From: Fidelibacterota bacterium
Lineage (GTDB): Bacteria > Fidelibacterota > Marinisomatia > SCGC-AAA003-L08 > GCA-2689995
Direction: 5' to 3'
Length of the DNA: 64,000 nt
Assembly: GCA_014381925.1 (NCBI GenBank)
Contig: JACNKR010000037.1
Location: 35,767-99,766, forward strand
The notes beneath the pieces were generated by a model. That model searched no databases, was not told where the DNA came from, and worked only from the letters and a program-made list of their open reading frames with translations. The position numbers and the translations under genes are program-made. This document shows positions 10,501 through 20,567 of the stretch, one piece after another (positions within the stretch are counted from its first letter, which is position 1; each line of letters opens with the position of its first letter).

Positions 10501-11040
10501 ACAGATTTAGTTGAAGCTGAGAAAACATTGGTGGAAGCCATTCAGAAAATAGATAAGGAAGCGAGAGATAAGTTTTTAGATACTTTTAATGAAGTTTCTG
10601 TAAATTTCCAATCTACATTTAAACGATTTTTTGATGGTGGAGAAGCTGAAATTAAATTAGAAAAAGATGTAGATCCATTGGAAGCAGGTATTGATATTAT
10701 CGCTAAACCTCCAGGAAAAAGGACACAATCATTAAAAATGCTATCTGCGGGTGAAAAAGCGTTAACGGCAATTTCACTTTTATTTGCAATTTATTTAGTA
10801 AAGCCAAGTCCATTTTGTATTTTAGATGAAGTTGATGCGCCATTGGATGACCGAAATATAAAAAAGTATACAAAAGTATTACGAGAGTTTGCAGAAAAAA
10901 CTCAATTCATTGTTATTACTCATAATAAATTGACGATGGAATCCGCAGATTATTTATATGGAGTAACACAGGAAGAAGAAGGTGTCTCTAAAATTGTTTC
11001 TGTGAAATTTAAGGAAAATAACGATTTCCAATTTTCTTAA
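7528..11040 (+). CDS. smc: chromosome segregation protein SMC
   Basis: Walker A GPNGCGKTN, long coiled coils, hinge, signature LSAGEKALTA, Walker B FCILDEVDAPLD. Confidence 0.95.
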   Translation: MYISKVHLQGFKSFLNKTDLQFGHGITCVVGPNGCGKTNIVDSIRWILGEQKSSILRSNKMEDVIFNGTRKRKPVSFCEASIMLHNEGRLPVEYTDIEITRRLFRSGESEYLMNKVPCRLKDINNLFMDTGMGTGAYSVIELKMIESILSQNTAERKHLIEEAAGINQYKQQRQQTFRKLSATKSDLERVNDILIELEKNVKGLALQLKRFERHAKLTEQFKNKSILMAGYNYNLLNSQISPVSEEMDFKKNTYSKLSSQMNMDEELEKNTQKRYDDARSEMETLELNLADTVKKITEKNRNIIIWTENNKSNEGRIQQNLDDSVQMENQQNILNEQIKDLNNSLKEIEPEILNRKKSYENEVQVYEELKTESEQQIKKYKIKQSEFDAHLNMIFQEETTFKLNENSLESHEELVKTLQTRRTEMKSREMNSLESISDLKKLISKKEESANNQLIEIENLKNTQLKIDSDLISVIDSISEINLENERLNSKVNLFESILKSRGDSASGLNFIEKNKEKFNGLLGVLSDLIEIPEEYHKASEVILGDLKNAVIVENFEIAKLIIDELKKNDGGALTLISLDKIPIIKSKIKSDLVKQIKSQKKLNDLVNHLFNDVLIVESISEINKKSPLIVTKDGDFLKNGYEIKSSSLKNKVSVLGKKKEISEMKGKINLNLSHLKSQESKRQDLESQLNDFNIKVSSLEKSFEIIVSDKQKLEIELSGKVAGQIHLQEIKNENKKEIDKSIIQIETLKLKIEKCKDEVKKLIEEKVLLKEKIEKITKQTESYRQKTVNQQELTQQKQLFLLESEKEKNTIEFRLNSIEDRIAENQRRIDRIKSINIQLRKTNDDLDKKLSLENELKRELLEEQEKLGAQKGKTDKEYNDAYQELKELQQNMRSHHKLKEDRIFEIQEMELKISNLKNEQLIVTDKIYEKFGVTIEELETIDVSEINNENLLEEILSLEKSLERIGPINMAIQDEYEKESERLTFLQDQVTDLVEAEKTLVEAIQKIDKEARDKFLDTFNEVSVNFQSTFKRFFDGGEAEIKLEKDVDPLEAGIDIIAKPPGKRTQSLKMLSAGEKALTAISLLFAIYLVKPSPFCILDEVDAPLDDRNIKKYTKVLREFAEKTQFIVITHNKLTMESADYLYGVTQEEEGVSKIVSVKFKENNDFQFS

Positions 11041-11722
11041 TTCAGTTATTATAAATACTGGAATTAGATCTTTTTTTAATTTTGCAGATGAATTATTATT
11101 TCCCCAATTTTGCTATCAATGTCATGAAAAGTTAATTAAAACAGAATTATTAATTTGTATTGATTGTCTCAATAGTTTAAATATTATCATTGCAAATAAT
11201 AGAATAGAAAATCTTAAATCATCAACAAATTTGGATTTTGCTTATTCAGGATATTGGTTTGATGAAGAGATACAGCATTGTTTACATTTATTAAAATATC
11301 AGCGATTTACAAAAGTTATTAAGTATTTACTTTCCCCATTGAAAAACCATATCATTCAATTAATTAAGAGCAATTCAATTGATGCATTAATCCCAGTTCC
11401 ATTACATTCGGTTAAATACAGAGAAAGAGGATTTAATCAAGCAGAGATTATTGCAAAAGTAATTTCAGATATCACAAAAACCCCTATTATACAACCCATA
11501 ATTAGAAAAAACTGGACTACGACACAAACAACATTATCAATCAATCAACGCAAGCAGAATATAAAAAATGCTTTCCAATTAAATGAAATTCCAAGAGTAA
11601 CGGGGGTATTAATTATAGATGATGTACTTACTACAGGTTCAACATCAAATGAATGTGCTCGAATAATTAAAGAAAGATCTAATCCAATTATTGGTGTTTT
11701 TACATTTGGTGCTGCAAAATAA
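11024..11722 (+). CDS. comF: ComF-family protein (amidophosphoribosyltransferase-like competence protein); start codon unresolved
   Basis: PRTase motif VLIIDDVLTTGST. The N-terminal zinc finger FPQFCYQCHEKL...CIDC lies in frame upstream of the track start. The frame is open from 11006 but has no ATG/GTG/TTG before 11231. ATT at 11024 follows AAGGA. Confidence 0.7.
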   Translation: MSNFLNSVIINTGIRSFFNFADELLFPQFCYQCHEKLIKTELLICIDCLNSLNIIIANNRIENLKSSTNLDFAYSGYWFDEEIQHCLHLLKYQRFTKVIKYLLSPLKNHIIQLIKSNSIDALIPVPLHSVKYRERGFNQAEIIAKVISDITKTPIIQPIIRKNWTTTQTTLSINQRKQNIKNAFQLNEIPRVTGVLIIDDVLTTGSTSNECARIIKERSNPIIGVFTFGAAK

Positions 11723-13590
11723 TGAATAAAATATTTAAATATTCTATACTTATATTTATTATCTCAAATCTTTTTGGTAATAAAATTGAAATAAATATAC
11801 CATCCGTTTTATTAACAGGGATTAGTAATGAAATTCAAATAAATGTTAATGATTCGACAATTTTACCCTTTTTTTTACACATTGAAAATCAACAATATCA
11901 TATAAAAAAAATAAATAAGAAAATAAATCATATATTTGAAAAATCAGGAAAACATTCTATTAAATTAGAAAAAAAAGAATCAAATATGATTATAAAAAAA
12001 TTGATCGTTATTCCTGGACTAATATCAATTTTACCCCCTTTAATTGCAATATTAATGGCATTATTAACAAAACAAGTAATTCCATCATTATTTTTAGGAA
12101 TTTGGATTGGGGCTTGGTCTATTAATGGTTTTACCATAAAAAATATTTTTATTGGATTATTTAGAACTTTTGATACCTATATAATTCAATCATTAGTACC
12201 TCCTGATGGAGGAAGTGGGCATGCTTCAATTATTATGTTTTCTATGATGTTAGGGGGTATGATAGGCATAATTACTAAAAATGGCGGTGCAATGGGAATT
12301 GTTAATTTAATAACAAAATGGTCTAATAATTCAAGCCGAGGTCAGTTATCAGCCTCGATTTTTGGTACTGTTTTTTTTATTGATGATTATGCAAATACAT
12401 TAATTGTAGGAAATACCATAAAACCATTAACTGATAAATTAAGAATTTCAAGAGAAAAATTAGCTTATATTGTTGATTCTACCGCAGCACCTGTAGCCTG
12501 TATTGCACTAATCTCAACTTGGATTGGTTACGAAGTTGGATTAATTGGAGAATCTTTACCGCAGTTAAACTTAGAGAATCAATCACCTTATGGAATCTTT
12601 CTTCATTCTATAAAATATAGTTTTTATCCAATTTTAGCATTATTTTTTGTTTATTTAATTTCTATTACTCGAAAAGATTTTGGTCCAATGTGGGAATTTG
12701 AACAAAACGCACGGAAATTAGAAAAAAGTAACGATAATGAAATTGAACTTGATTCAGATGAAAAAAATATGTTACCAAAGAATAATGTAAACGCAAAAGC
12801 TTTAAATGCATTTATCCCAATTATTTTAGTTATTTTAACAACTATTTATGGCTTATTTATTACGGGTGAAGGAGAAACTTTTCAAGATATTATTGGCTCT
12901 GCTGATTCTTATTCGGCTCTATTATGGGCGTCATTAGTTGGTGTACTTTCAGCTATATTACTTTCAATTTTTCAACGAATTTTATCTCTAAATGAATCCA
13001 TGGATGCATGGTATTCAGGTGTTAGGTCTATGCTCTATACAATGATTATTTTACTATTGGCATGGGCATTGTCAAATACAACTGAAGTGTTGAGGACTGC
13101 CGATTATTTTGTTTCATTGTTAGGTGATAAAATTCATCCTGGATTTTTACCGGTAATAATTTTTATTATTTCATCTGCAACTTCATTTTCTACGGGAACA
13201 AGTTGGGGAACAATGGGTATTTTGATGCCGTTGACAATTCCACTTGTTGGGTCAATTTTATATTTAGATGGTGGAATTTCAGAGATAAATATTCATATTT
13301 TATATGCGTCTGTGTCTGCTGTTTTATGTGGTTCTGTATGGGGAGATCATTGTTCACCGATATCAGACACAACTATATTATCTTCAATTGCTTCAGGGTG
13401 TGACCATATAAATCATGTGAAATCTCAAATACCATACGCATTAGTTGTAGGTGGAGTAAGTATCATTTTTGGACTTATTCCAATCGGGTTTGGTGCACCG
13501 TGGTGGTTATGTTTGATAATATCATGTATAATTTTAACTGTCATATTAAATTTAATAGGCAAAGAAACTAAAAATTATTCAATTAATTAA
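11722..13590 (+). CDS. NhaC-family Na+/H+ antiporter-like transporter with an N-terminal extension of about 95 aa
   Basis: Polytopic protein. LPPLIAILMALLTKQVIPSLFLGIW and the C-terminal NhaC-type core. Confidence 0.8.
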   Translation: MNKIFKYSILIFIISNLFGNKIEINIPSVLLTGISNEIQINVNDSTILPFFLHIENQQYHIKKINKKINHIFEKSGKHSIKLEKKESNMIIKKLIVIPGLISILPPLIAILMALLTKQVIPSLFLGIWIGAWSINGFTIKNIFIGLFRTFDTYIIQSLVPPDGGSGHASIIMFSMMLGGMIGIITKNGGAMGIVNLITKWSNNSSRGQLSASIFGTVFFIDDYANTLIVGNTIKPLTDKLRISREKLAYIVDSTAAPVACIALISTWIGYEVGLIGESLPQLNLENQSPYGIFLHSIKYSFYPILALFFVYLISITRKDFGPMWEFEQNARKLEKSNDNEIELDSDEKNMLPKNNVNAKALNAFIPIILVILTTIYGLFITGEGETFQDIIGSADSYSALLWASLVGVLSAILLSIFQRILSLNESMDAWYSGVRSMLYTMIILLLAWALSNTTEVLRTADYFVSLLGDKIHPGFLPVIIFIISSATSFSTGTSWGTMGILMPLTIPLVGSILYLDGGISEINIHILYASVSAVLCGSVWGDHCSPISDTTILSSIASGCDHINHVKSQIPYALVVGGVSIIFGLIPIGFGAPWWLCLIISCIILTVILNLIGKETKNYSIN

Positions 13591-13603
13591 AAAAAGGAAA
13601 ACG

Positions 13604-16408
13604 ATGTTTAGAAAATTAATTATATTCATTTTATTATTTTTGTTTAGTACTTCTTGTGCGGTAATTAATAATACAAATGTTCAAAAAGATTTAAAATTAA
13701 ATCCAAAAATAAAAACAGGCAAATTAGAAAATGGATTAACATATTATGTTATGGAAAATGCTCGACCTGAAAATAGAGCTGAATTGATGCTTCTTGTAAA
13801 TGTGGGTTCAATTTTAGAAGAAGATCATCAACAGGGAATTGCTCATTTCACAGAACACATGGCATTTAATGGGACAAAACGTTTTCCTAAACAAGAATTA
13901 GTTAATTATCTTGAGTCAATTGGTTTAAAATTCGGACCTGATTTAAATGCATTTACAAGTTTTGATATGACCGTTTATATGCTTCAAGTTCCTTCAGATG
14001 AAAAAGATAAATTTGATACAGGCTTAATGATTTTAGAAGATTGGGCACATAATTTATCAATGGATAATGAAGAAATTGACAAAGAAAGAGGTGTTGTTTT
14101 AGAAGAACTTCGTATTGGTAAAGGTGCAAGAGAGCGAATGTTAAATAAAAAACTTCCTGTTTATTTGAAAGATTCTAAATATGCAAACCGTCTTCCAATT
14201 GGGAAAGAGGAGATATTAAAAACATTTGATTATTCTTCTGCCAAAGATTTTTATAAAGATTGGTATCGACCTGATTTAATGGCTATAGTTGCAATAGGTG
14301 ATTTTAAAGGAGATGAAGTTGTTAAGCAAATAAAAGCTCAATTTTCTAATATTCCAAAAGTAGAAAACCCAAAAGAAAGAAAAGAGTTCTCAGTACCACT
14401 TCATAATTATACAAGCTATTTAGTTACTGAGGATCCCGAAGCAACGAGTAGTTCTGTCGGAATATCGTACAAATCCCCAAAATCTAAGTTAGAAAACACT
14501 GAAGATGGTTTTAAAAAATCTGTATTAATTAATATGATGACTGAAATGTTTAATAATAGACTTTCTGAATTAACACAAAACCCTAAATCTTCTCTTATTT
14601 ATGGATATAATTATAGGGGAAGTTGGGTGAGAACGATTGATGGATTTAATGTTGGAGCAGGTGTAAAACCAGGAATGGTTTTAAATGGGCTGAATGAAAT
14701 ATTGACTGAATTAGAAAGAATTAAACAATTTGGATTTACAGAAACTGAATTTGAAAGACAAAAAAAATCATTTTTAAAATCAATTGATACACAGTTTAAT
14801 GAAAAAGATAAACAAGATTCAGACAGATTAAGATGGGAATTTTTAGACTTATTTTTTGAAAATAAAATTATTGTTGGGATTGAAAAGGAATATGAATTAG
14901 CTCAACAAATTATACCTAAACTAAACGTTTCTGATTTGAATAAATATATTGAACAAATTAAAGAATCAAATTGCAGAGTAATTACCGCAGATTGCCCAAA
15001 AAAAGAAGGTATTATTAATCCTACAAAAGATGAATTGAAACAAGTTGATTTGTCGGTTAAAAATAAACAAATCTATCCTTATGAAGATAAAATTATAGAT
15101 TCGCCTTTGCTTTCAGAAATACCAACTCCCAAGGAAATTATTGATTTTAAAAACCATGAAAAGATTGAAGGAATGGAATTTGTTTTAGAAAATGGTGTAC
15201 GAGTTATTTTAAAACCAACAGATTTTAAGAATGATGAAATCATTTTTAATGCATCTAGCCCTGGTGGAACAAGTTTAGTTTCTGATAAAGATTATATTTC
15301 AGCTAAATATGCTTCAAATATTATCTCTGAAAGTGGAATTGCAGAGTTTTCTAAAATTGAACTTGATAAATTTTTAAGTGATAAACAAGTTTCGGTTTCT
15401 CCATATATTAATGAATTAACAGAAGGATTTTCAGGCTCAAGCTCTGTTGCTGATGTAGAGACAATGTTTCAGTTAATATATCAATATTTTCACTCTCCTC
15501 GAAAAGATATTGATGCCTATACTGCATATATAGAAAATATGAAGGGAATGGTGCAAAATAGAAGTGCAAGGCCTGAAAATGTGTATAGAGACTCAATATC
15601 TGTAATTATGAACAGCAGGCATTTTAGAGCAAAACCAATAAATACACAATTATTAGATGATGTACACTTGGATACTGCTTATAATATATTTAAAGATAGA
15701 TTTAGCGATGCAAGTGATTTTACTTTTATTTTTGTCGGCTCTATAAATCCACAAACATTTATTCCATTAGCACAAACATATTTAGGAAATTTACCATCAA
15801 TAAATAGAAATGAAAATTGGAAAGATGTTGGTATTCGGTATCCAAGTGGGAATATTGAAAAAATTGTAAATAGAGGAATTGAAGAAAAAAGTTCTGTTCA
15901 AATTAGGTTTACAGGAGATTTTGATTGGAAAAGAGAAAATAGATATATTTATAAAACATTAACTTCTTCTTTTATGATTAAATTAAGAGAGATTTTAAGA
16001 GAAGATATGGGGGGGACTTATGGAGTTTGGGTCGGAGGATATCCTGAGTTTGAGCCTATTGAAGCATTCCAATCTATAATTGCTTTTGGATGTGGTCCTG
16101 AAAATGTAAATCCTATGGTAAATGAAGTTTTTAATCAACTTGAAATTCTTAAAAAAGAAGGAATAGATCAAACTTATTTAGATAAAGTTCTTGAAGCTGA
16201 TAAAGTAGAATATGAAAAAAATCTTCAAGAAAATTCTTATTGGTTAAGTGCAATTTCATCTTTTGATGATTTTGGAGAACCACTTTCTCAAATATTAGAA
16301 AGAGAAGAATTATATAAATTAGTTACAAATGAAAATATAATTAATGGAGCAAATATTTATTTTAATTCTAATAATGTATTAAAGGCTTATTTATTTCCTG
16401 AAAAATAA
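13604..16408 (+). CDS. M16 (pitrilysin/insulinase) family zinc peptidase, double-length
   Basis: Signal/lipobox-like N-terminus; inverted zinc motif HFTEHMAFNGT; 934 aa covering two M16 halves. Confidence 0.9.
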   Translation: MFRKLIIFILLFLFSTSCAVINNTNVQKDLKLNPKIKTGKLENGLTYYVMENARPENRAELMLLVNVGSILEEDHQQGIAHFTEHMAFNGTKRFPKQELVNYLESIGLKFGPDLNAFTSFDMTVYMLQVPSDEKDKFDTGLMILEDWAHNLSMDNEEIDKERGVVLEELRIGKGARERMLNKKLPVYLKDSKYANRLPIGKEEILKTFDYSSAKDFYKDWYRPDLMAIVAIGDFKGDEVVKQIKAQFSNIPKVENPKERKEFSVPLHNYTSYLVTEDPEATSSSVGISYKSPKSKLENTEDGFKKSVLINMMTEMFNNRLSELTQNPKSSLIYGYNYRGSWVRTIDGFNVGAGVKPGMVLNGLNEILTELERIKQFGFTETEFERQKKSFLKSIDTQFNEKDKQDSDRLRWEFLDLFFENKIIVGIEKEYELAQQIIPKLNVSDLNKYIEQIKESNCRVITADCPKKEGIINPTKDELKQVDLSVKNKQIYPYEDKIIDSPLLSEIPTPKEIIDFKNHEKIEGMEFVLENGVRVILKPTDFKNDEIIFNASSPGGTSLVSDKDYISAKYASNIISESGIAEFSKIELDKFLSDKQVSVSPYINELTEGFSGSSSVADVETMFQLIYQYFHSPRKDIDAYTAYIENMKGMVQNRSARPENVYRDSISVIMNSRHFRAKPINTQLLDDVHLDTAYNIFKDRFSDASDFTFIFVGSINPQTFIPLAQTYLGNLPSINRNENWKDVGIRYPSGNIEKIVNRGIEEKSSVQIRFTGDFDWKRENRYIYKTLTSSFMIKLREILREDMGGTYGVWVGGYPEFEPIEAFQSIIAFGCGPENVNPMVNEVFNQLEILKKEGIDQTYLDKVLEADKVEYEKNLQENSYWLSAISSFDDFGEPLSQILEREELYKLVTNENIINGANIYFNSNNVLKAYLFPEK

Positions 16409-16413
16409 TGAAA

Positions 16414-17409
16414 TTAATTTAATTCTTCTTGTGCAAAAGCATTAAAATCATTCATAATTAAATCAATTTCATTATGCGTTTGAGCTCGTAAAAATTTAGT
16501 TCGCCAGCTAACAGCATGATTAAAGCCCTTTAAATACCAACTAAAGTGTTTTTTTGTTAAATTAAGAGCTAAATTTACATTTTTATTTTTCCGTAATAAT
16601 TCTAAATGATATTTACACATTTCTATTCGGTCTTTTACGGTAACTATATTTTCTTGAATACCATTTAATCTGTTTTGTAACGCTTTAAAAATCCACGGAT
16701 TTCCTAAACAACCACGGGCAATCATTACCGCATCACAACCTGTTTCATCAAACATTCTCATTGCATCATCGGTATTGGTAATATCGCCATTTCCAATAAT
16801 TGGAATATTTACTGCTTCCTTCATTTCTTTAATATAAGTCCAATCTGCTTTCCCTGTAAATGCTTGTTTGGTTGTTCTTGGATGAAGTGTAATCGCTTTT
16901 ACTCCAATTTTTTCTAATCGGGTAGATGCCTCTGTTGAGACTAAGTGTTTAGAATCAAATCCAATTCTCATTTTTACAGTCACAGGAATATTAGATGGTG
17001 TATTTTCGATAACAGCAGAGGTAATTTCATCCATTAGACATAAATCTTTTAATGCACCGGAACCAGCCCCTTTTTTTACAACTTTAGGAACGGGACATCC
17101 ATAATTTAAATCTAAAATATCTGGCTGAAATCTTTCACATACGATTTTTGCAGATTTACCGACAATCTCTGGTGAATTTCCAAATATCTGCACACCAATT
17201 GGTCGTTCAAATTCTTGGAATTTTATCATATTTAAAGTTTTAATTGATTCTCTAATAATTCCATCAGCGCTTACAAATTCAGTATAAACTACTCCTGCAC
17301 CCATTTTCCTACAAATTACCCGAAAAGGATGGTCTGTAACTCCAGCCATTGGAGCTAAAAATATTGGATTATCTAATTCAATATTTCCAATTTTTAATTT
17401 ATTTTTCAT
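16414..17409 (-). CDS. dusB: tRNA-dihydrouridine synthase
   Basis: LAPMAGVTD..FR, DLNYGCP, and NGDI motifs. Confidence 0.9.
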   Translation of the reverse strand: MKNKLKIGNIELDNPIFLAPMAGVTDHPFRVICRKMGAGVVYTEFVSADGIIRESIKTLNMIKFQEFERPIGVQIFGNSPEIVGKSAKIVCERFQPDILDLNYGCPVPKVVKKGAGSGALKDLCLMDEITSAVIENTPSNIPVTVKMRIGFDSKHLVSTEASTRLEKIGVKAITLHPRTTKQAFTGKADWTYIKEMKEAVNIPIIGNGDITNTDDAMRMFDETGCDAVMIARGCLGNPWIFKALQNRLNGIQENIVTVKDRIEMCKYHLELLRKNKNVNLALNLTKKHFSWYLKGFNHAVSWRTKFLRAQTHNEIDLIMNDFNAFAQEELN

Positions 17410-17515
17410 TTTCTCTTCATAGCAGATTGTTAAAATTACATACTTACATAAATAAAATCACTAAGTGGATTTAATCTATTATCATTAATTTTACCTCATA
17501 AATTTTAGGATTATT

Positions 17516-18247
17516 TTGACAGAACATACAACAATAGAAATTTTTGGGAAATATTGGTGGATGGGTAACCTTTCTACAATATTTGTAATTATAGCAATTA
17601 TCTTTTTAGGTAAAAAATCTAATAATGTAATTAAGGAACGAATTTTATAAATTATTGGTGGAATTTCACTTTTTAGATGGGTTTTTATTCAATATTATGC
17701 ATACGATATTGGAATTTGGTCTGTCCAGTCAAGTTTACCTTTACAGATGTGTTCATTTTCATCACTTTTTTGTGGCATTGTCGTATTTTACCGAAAGCAA
17801 TATTTATATGAATTTGTGTATTATATGGGAATTTCAAGTGCAATTCATGCTTTGTTAACTCCTGAATTTACAATGGGGAACGAAGGATATTTATTTTTTG
17901 AATATTATTTAAACCATGGCTTAATTGCATTAATTCCGTTATATCTTACACTTGTGCTAAATTATAAACCAAAAAAATATTCATGGTTAACAACTATACT
18001 ATATGCACAGATATTAATCATTATTGCGGGAACAGCAAATTGGTTATTTGGAGCAAATTATATGTATTTAGCAGAAAAACCAATTGTTAATAATCCATTT
18101 GTAATTGGTGAATGGCCTTGGTATATATTCGGATTGCAATTTGCAGGTCTACTTCATTTTATTATTTTATATATTCCTTTTTCATTTAAAAATAAATTTA
18201 GTGAAGTCGAAATAAAAAATAATGAACTTGAAATTGATGGATTCTAA
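17516..18247 (+). pseudogene. YwaF/TIGR02206-like integral membrane protein interrupted by an in-frame TAA (17648-17650)
   Basis: A single frame from TTG 17516 reads TEHTTIEIFGKYWW...KERIL*IIGGISLF...SLPLQMCS...ALLTPEF...GANYMYLAEKP. The family-typical order is preserved on both sides of the stop. Confidence 0.6.
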
Positions 18248-18474
18248 ATTGAAAAGTTAAAAGTAGAACAATGGCGAGAAAGCACACAGTTGAGAGCCCA
18301 AGTGAAAATGTCAATTTATGACAAATTACTTAATTTACCACAAGAGCCTTACTCCGATGAAGAAGTTCACACCAAGACAGATGTGGTTTATCAGCATATT
18401 TTCACCAATTATTATGGTGGTGGTCAGAGTACATATAATATTCAATATACTTAAAAAGATATGAAAATAATAAA

Positions 18475-20454
18475 ATGGAAATGAAATTTGACTTAAAATT
18501 ATTGAAATATGTATTTTTTGTTTTATTGGGAATTGGAAACGCATTTGATTTTGAATTAATAAATAATTCGGTAATCATTAGTGGAGAAAATTTTTATTCA
18601 GAAAACCCCTTTTTTGGTGGAATGAATAAACCTAAAGTTCAATGGGTGGACTGGAATAGCGATGGTTTGATTGATTTATTTCTATTAGATGAAGATAAAA
18701 AACTGAAATATTTTCAAAATATTGGAACAGAAAACAATGCTCAGTTTGAATTAAATCAAACATCTTTTCAACATATAAATTGTGAGAACTGGTTTTACTT
18801 TGCAGATTTTGATAATGATTCTGAATTCGAATTAATGGCTCAATCAACACAAAACTCAATGCAAATATCTTATTATGAAAATAATAATGGAGAATTAGAA
18901 GTTTTAACATTAGGCATTTTAGATGGAAATGGAGCATTGGTATTAGGAGAGTCCGTTGTAACCCCAACTTTTACCGATATTGATAACGATGGTGATTTAG
19001 ATTTTTTTACGGGTAGTGTATTGGGTACTGTAAGTTACTATGAAAATATTGGATTCAATAATAATATTCCACTTTTTGAATTTCAAACAAATGATTGGCA
19101 AGATATATTAATAATCGGGCAATCTCAAACTGAAAATCGTCATGGTGCAAATGCAATTAATTTTATAGATTTAGATGGAGATATGGATTTAGATTTGGCC
19201 TGGGGCGATTCATATAATCAAAGTTTATATATTGTTTGGAATATTGGTACTGTTGAAAATCCAATAATGGATAATATTAATATTACAAATCAATTTCCAC
19301 CTCAACCCTATTCTATTGAAACTTCAGGACAAAATATGGCTTCTTTTGTAGATATTGATACTGATGGTGATATAGATTTATTTATAAGCGTGTTAGGTGG
19401 AAGTTTTGGAATTCAGAATAAAAATAATTTTTATCATTTTGAAAATGTCGGAAATAATAATAACCCATTATTTGTTGAAATAGGACGAAATTATTTAAAT
19501 ATGCTCGATTTCGAAGATAAAACTTCGCCTGAATTTGCAGATTTAGATGGAGATGGAGATGATGATTTAATTATTGGAAACTCGTTTGAAACAATTTCAT
19601 TTCCATGGAATGCACGATTGAAATATTTAGAAAATATTGGAAGTCAAGAGAACCCTGAATATGAAATTATTGACAGTGCATTTTTAGGGAGTTTAATAGG
19701 AAAGGAATTAACTCCTGTTTTTATTGACATTGATAATGATGGAGATTTAGACTTTTTTTCAGGTGAAACTTACGGTGGGATATTATTTTCTGAAAATATA
19801 GGGAATCAATATAATTTTGAATTTTCCAATATAATTGCATTTGATGGAATTGATGTTGGGTATAATTCTGTACCTGAGTTTGTAGATATTGATAATGACA
19901 ATGATTTTGATTTAATAATAGGAAATTCAGAAGGGAATTTATTTTTTTATGAAAATATTGGAAGTTCATTTAATTCTGAATATATCTTAGTCTCAGAAAA
20001 TTATTTAGATATTAATGTTTTAAATTATTCATCACCTGATTTTTTTGATATTGACAATGATGGCGATTTTGATTTAATGATTGGTTCGGGTGATTTAGGA
20101 TTAAATTATTATGAAAATATTGGCTCTATAAATATCCCATTATTTGTAGAAATTGAAAATACTCTCGATTTGGGTACTAATTTAAAACCAGCACTAAAAC
20201 AGTCGTCTTATGGAATAATTGATGCTTATGTTGGAAATACTTTAGGTGGAATTTATCATTTACAGTTTTCATCCTGTGGTGGTGGAGATTTAAATAATGA
20301 TTTATTAATTGATATTAATGATATTATTTTAGTTGTTAATATTATTCTTGGGAATGAAACCAGTGAAGATCTTATATGTAATGCCGATGTGAATTCTGAT
20401 GAATTAGTGAATATAATTGATATTCTTAAAATTTTATCTTCAATATTATTTTAA
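18475..20454 (+). CDS. secreted FG-GAP/VCBS-repeat protein with a C-terminal dockerin-like module
   Basis: Signal peptide; at least 8 repeats of F.DIDNDGDLDFF.G type; last 60 aa are GDLNNDLLIDINDIILVVNIIL...ADVNSDELVNIIDILKIL. Confidence 0.8.
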   Translation: MEMKFDLKLLKYVFFVLLGIGNAFDFELINNSVIISGENFYSENPFFGGMNKPKVQWVDWNSDGLIDLFLLDEDKKLKYFQNIGTENNAQFELNQTSFQHINCENWFYFADFDNDSEFELMAQSTQNSMQISYYENNNGELEVLTLGILDGNGALVLGESVVTPTFTDIDNDGDLDFFTGSVLGTVSYYENIGFNNNIPLFEFQTNDWQDILIIGQSQTENRHGANAINFIDLDGDMDLDLAWGDSYNQSLYIVWNIGTVENPIMDNINITNQFPPQPYSIETSGQNMASFVDIDTDGDIDLFISVLGGSFGIQNKNNFYHFENVGNNNNPLFVEIGRNYLNMLDFEDKTSPEFADLDGDGDDDLIIGNSFETISFPWNARLKYLENIGSQENPEYEIIDSAFLGSLIGKELTPVFIDIDNDGDLDFFSGETYGGILFSENIGNQYNFEFSNIIAFDGIDVGYNSVPEFVDIDNDNDFDLIIGNSEGNLFFYENIGSSFNSEYILVSENYLDINVLNYSSPDFFDIDNDGDFDLMIGSGDLGLNYYENIGSINIPLFVEIENTLDLGTNLKPALKQSSYGIIDAYVGNTLGGIYHLQFSSCGGGDLNNDLLIDINDIILVVNIILGNETSEDLICNADVNSDELVNIIDILKILSSILF

Positions 20455-20567
20455 GATACTAATTCAATATTCATTTTTAAATAATTTTTAACTCGATTTT
20501 TGTATTCCAATTGATTAGGTTTTTAAAATAAATTTCAGGTCTATATTTAGCATGAATTTACGATATT

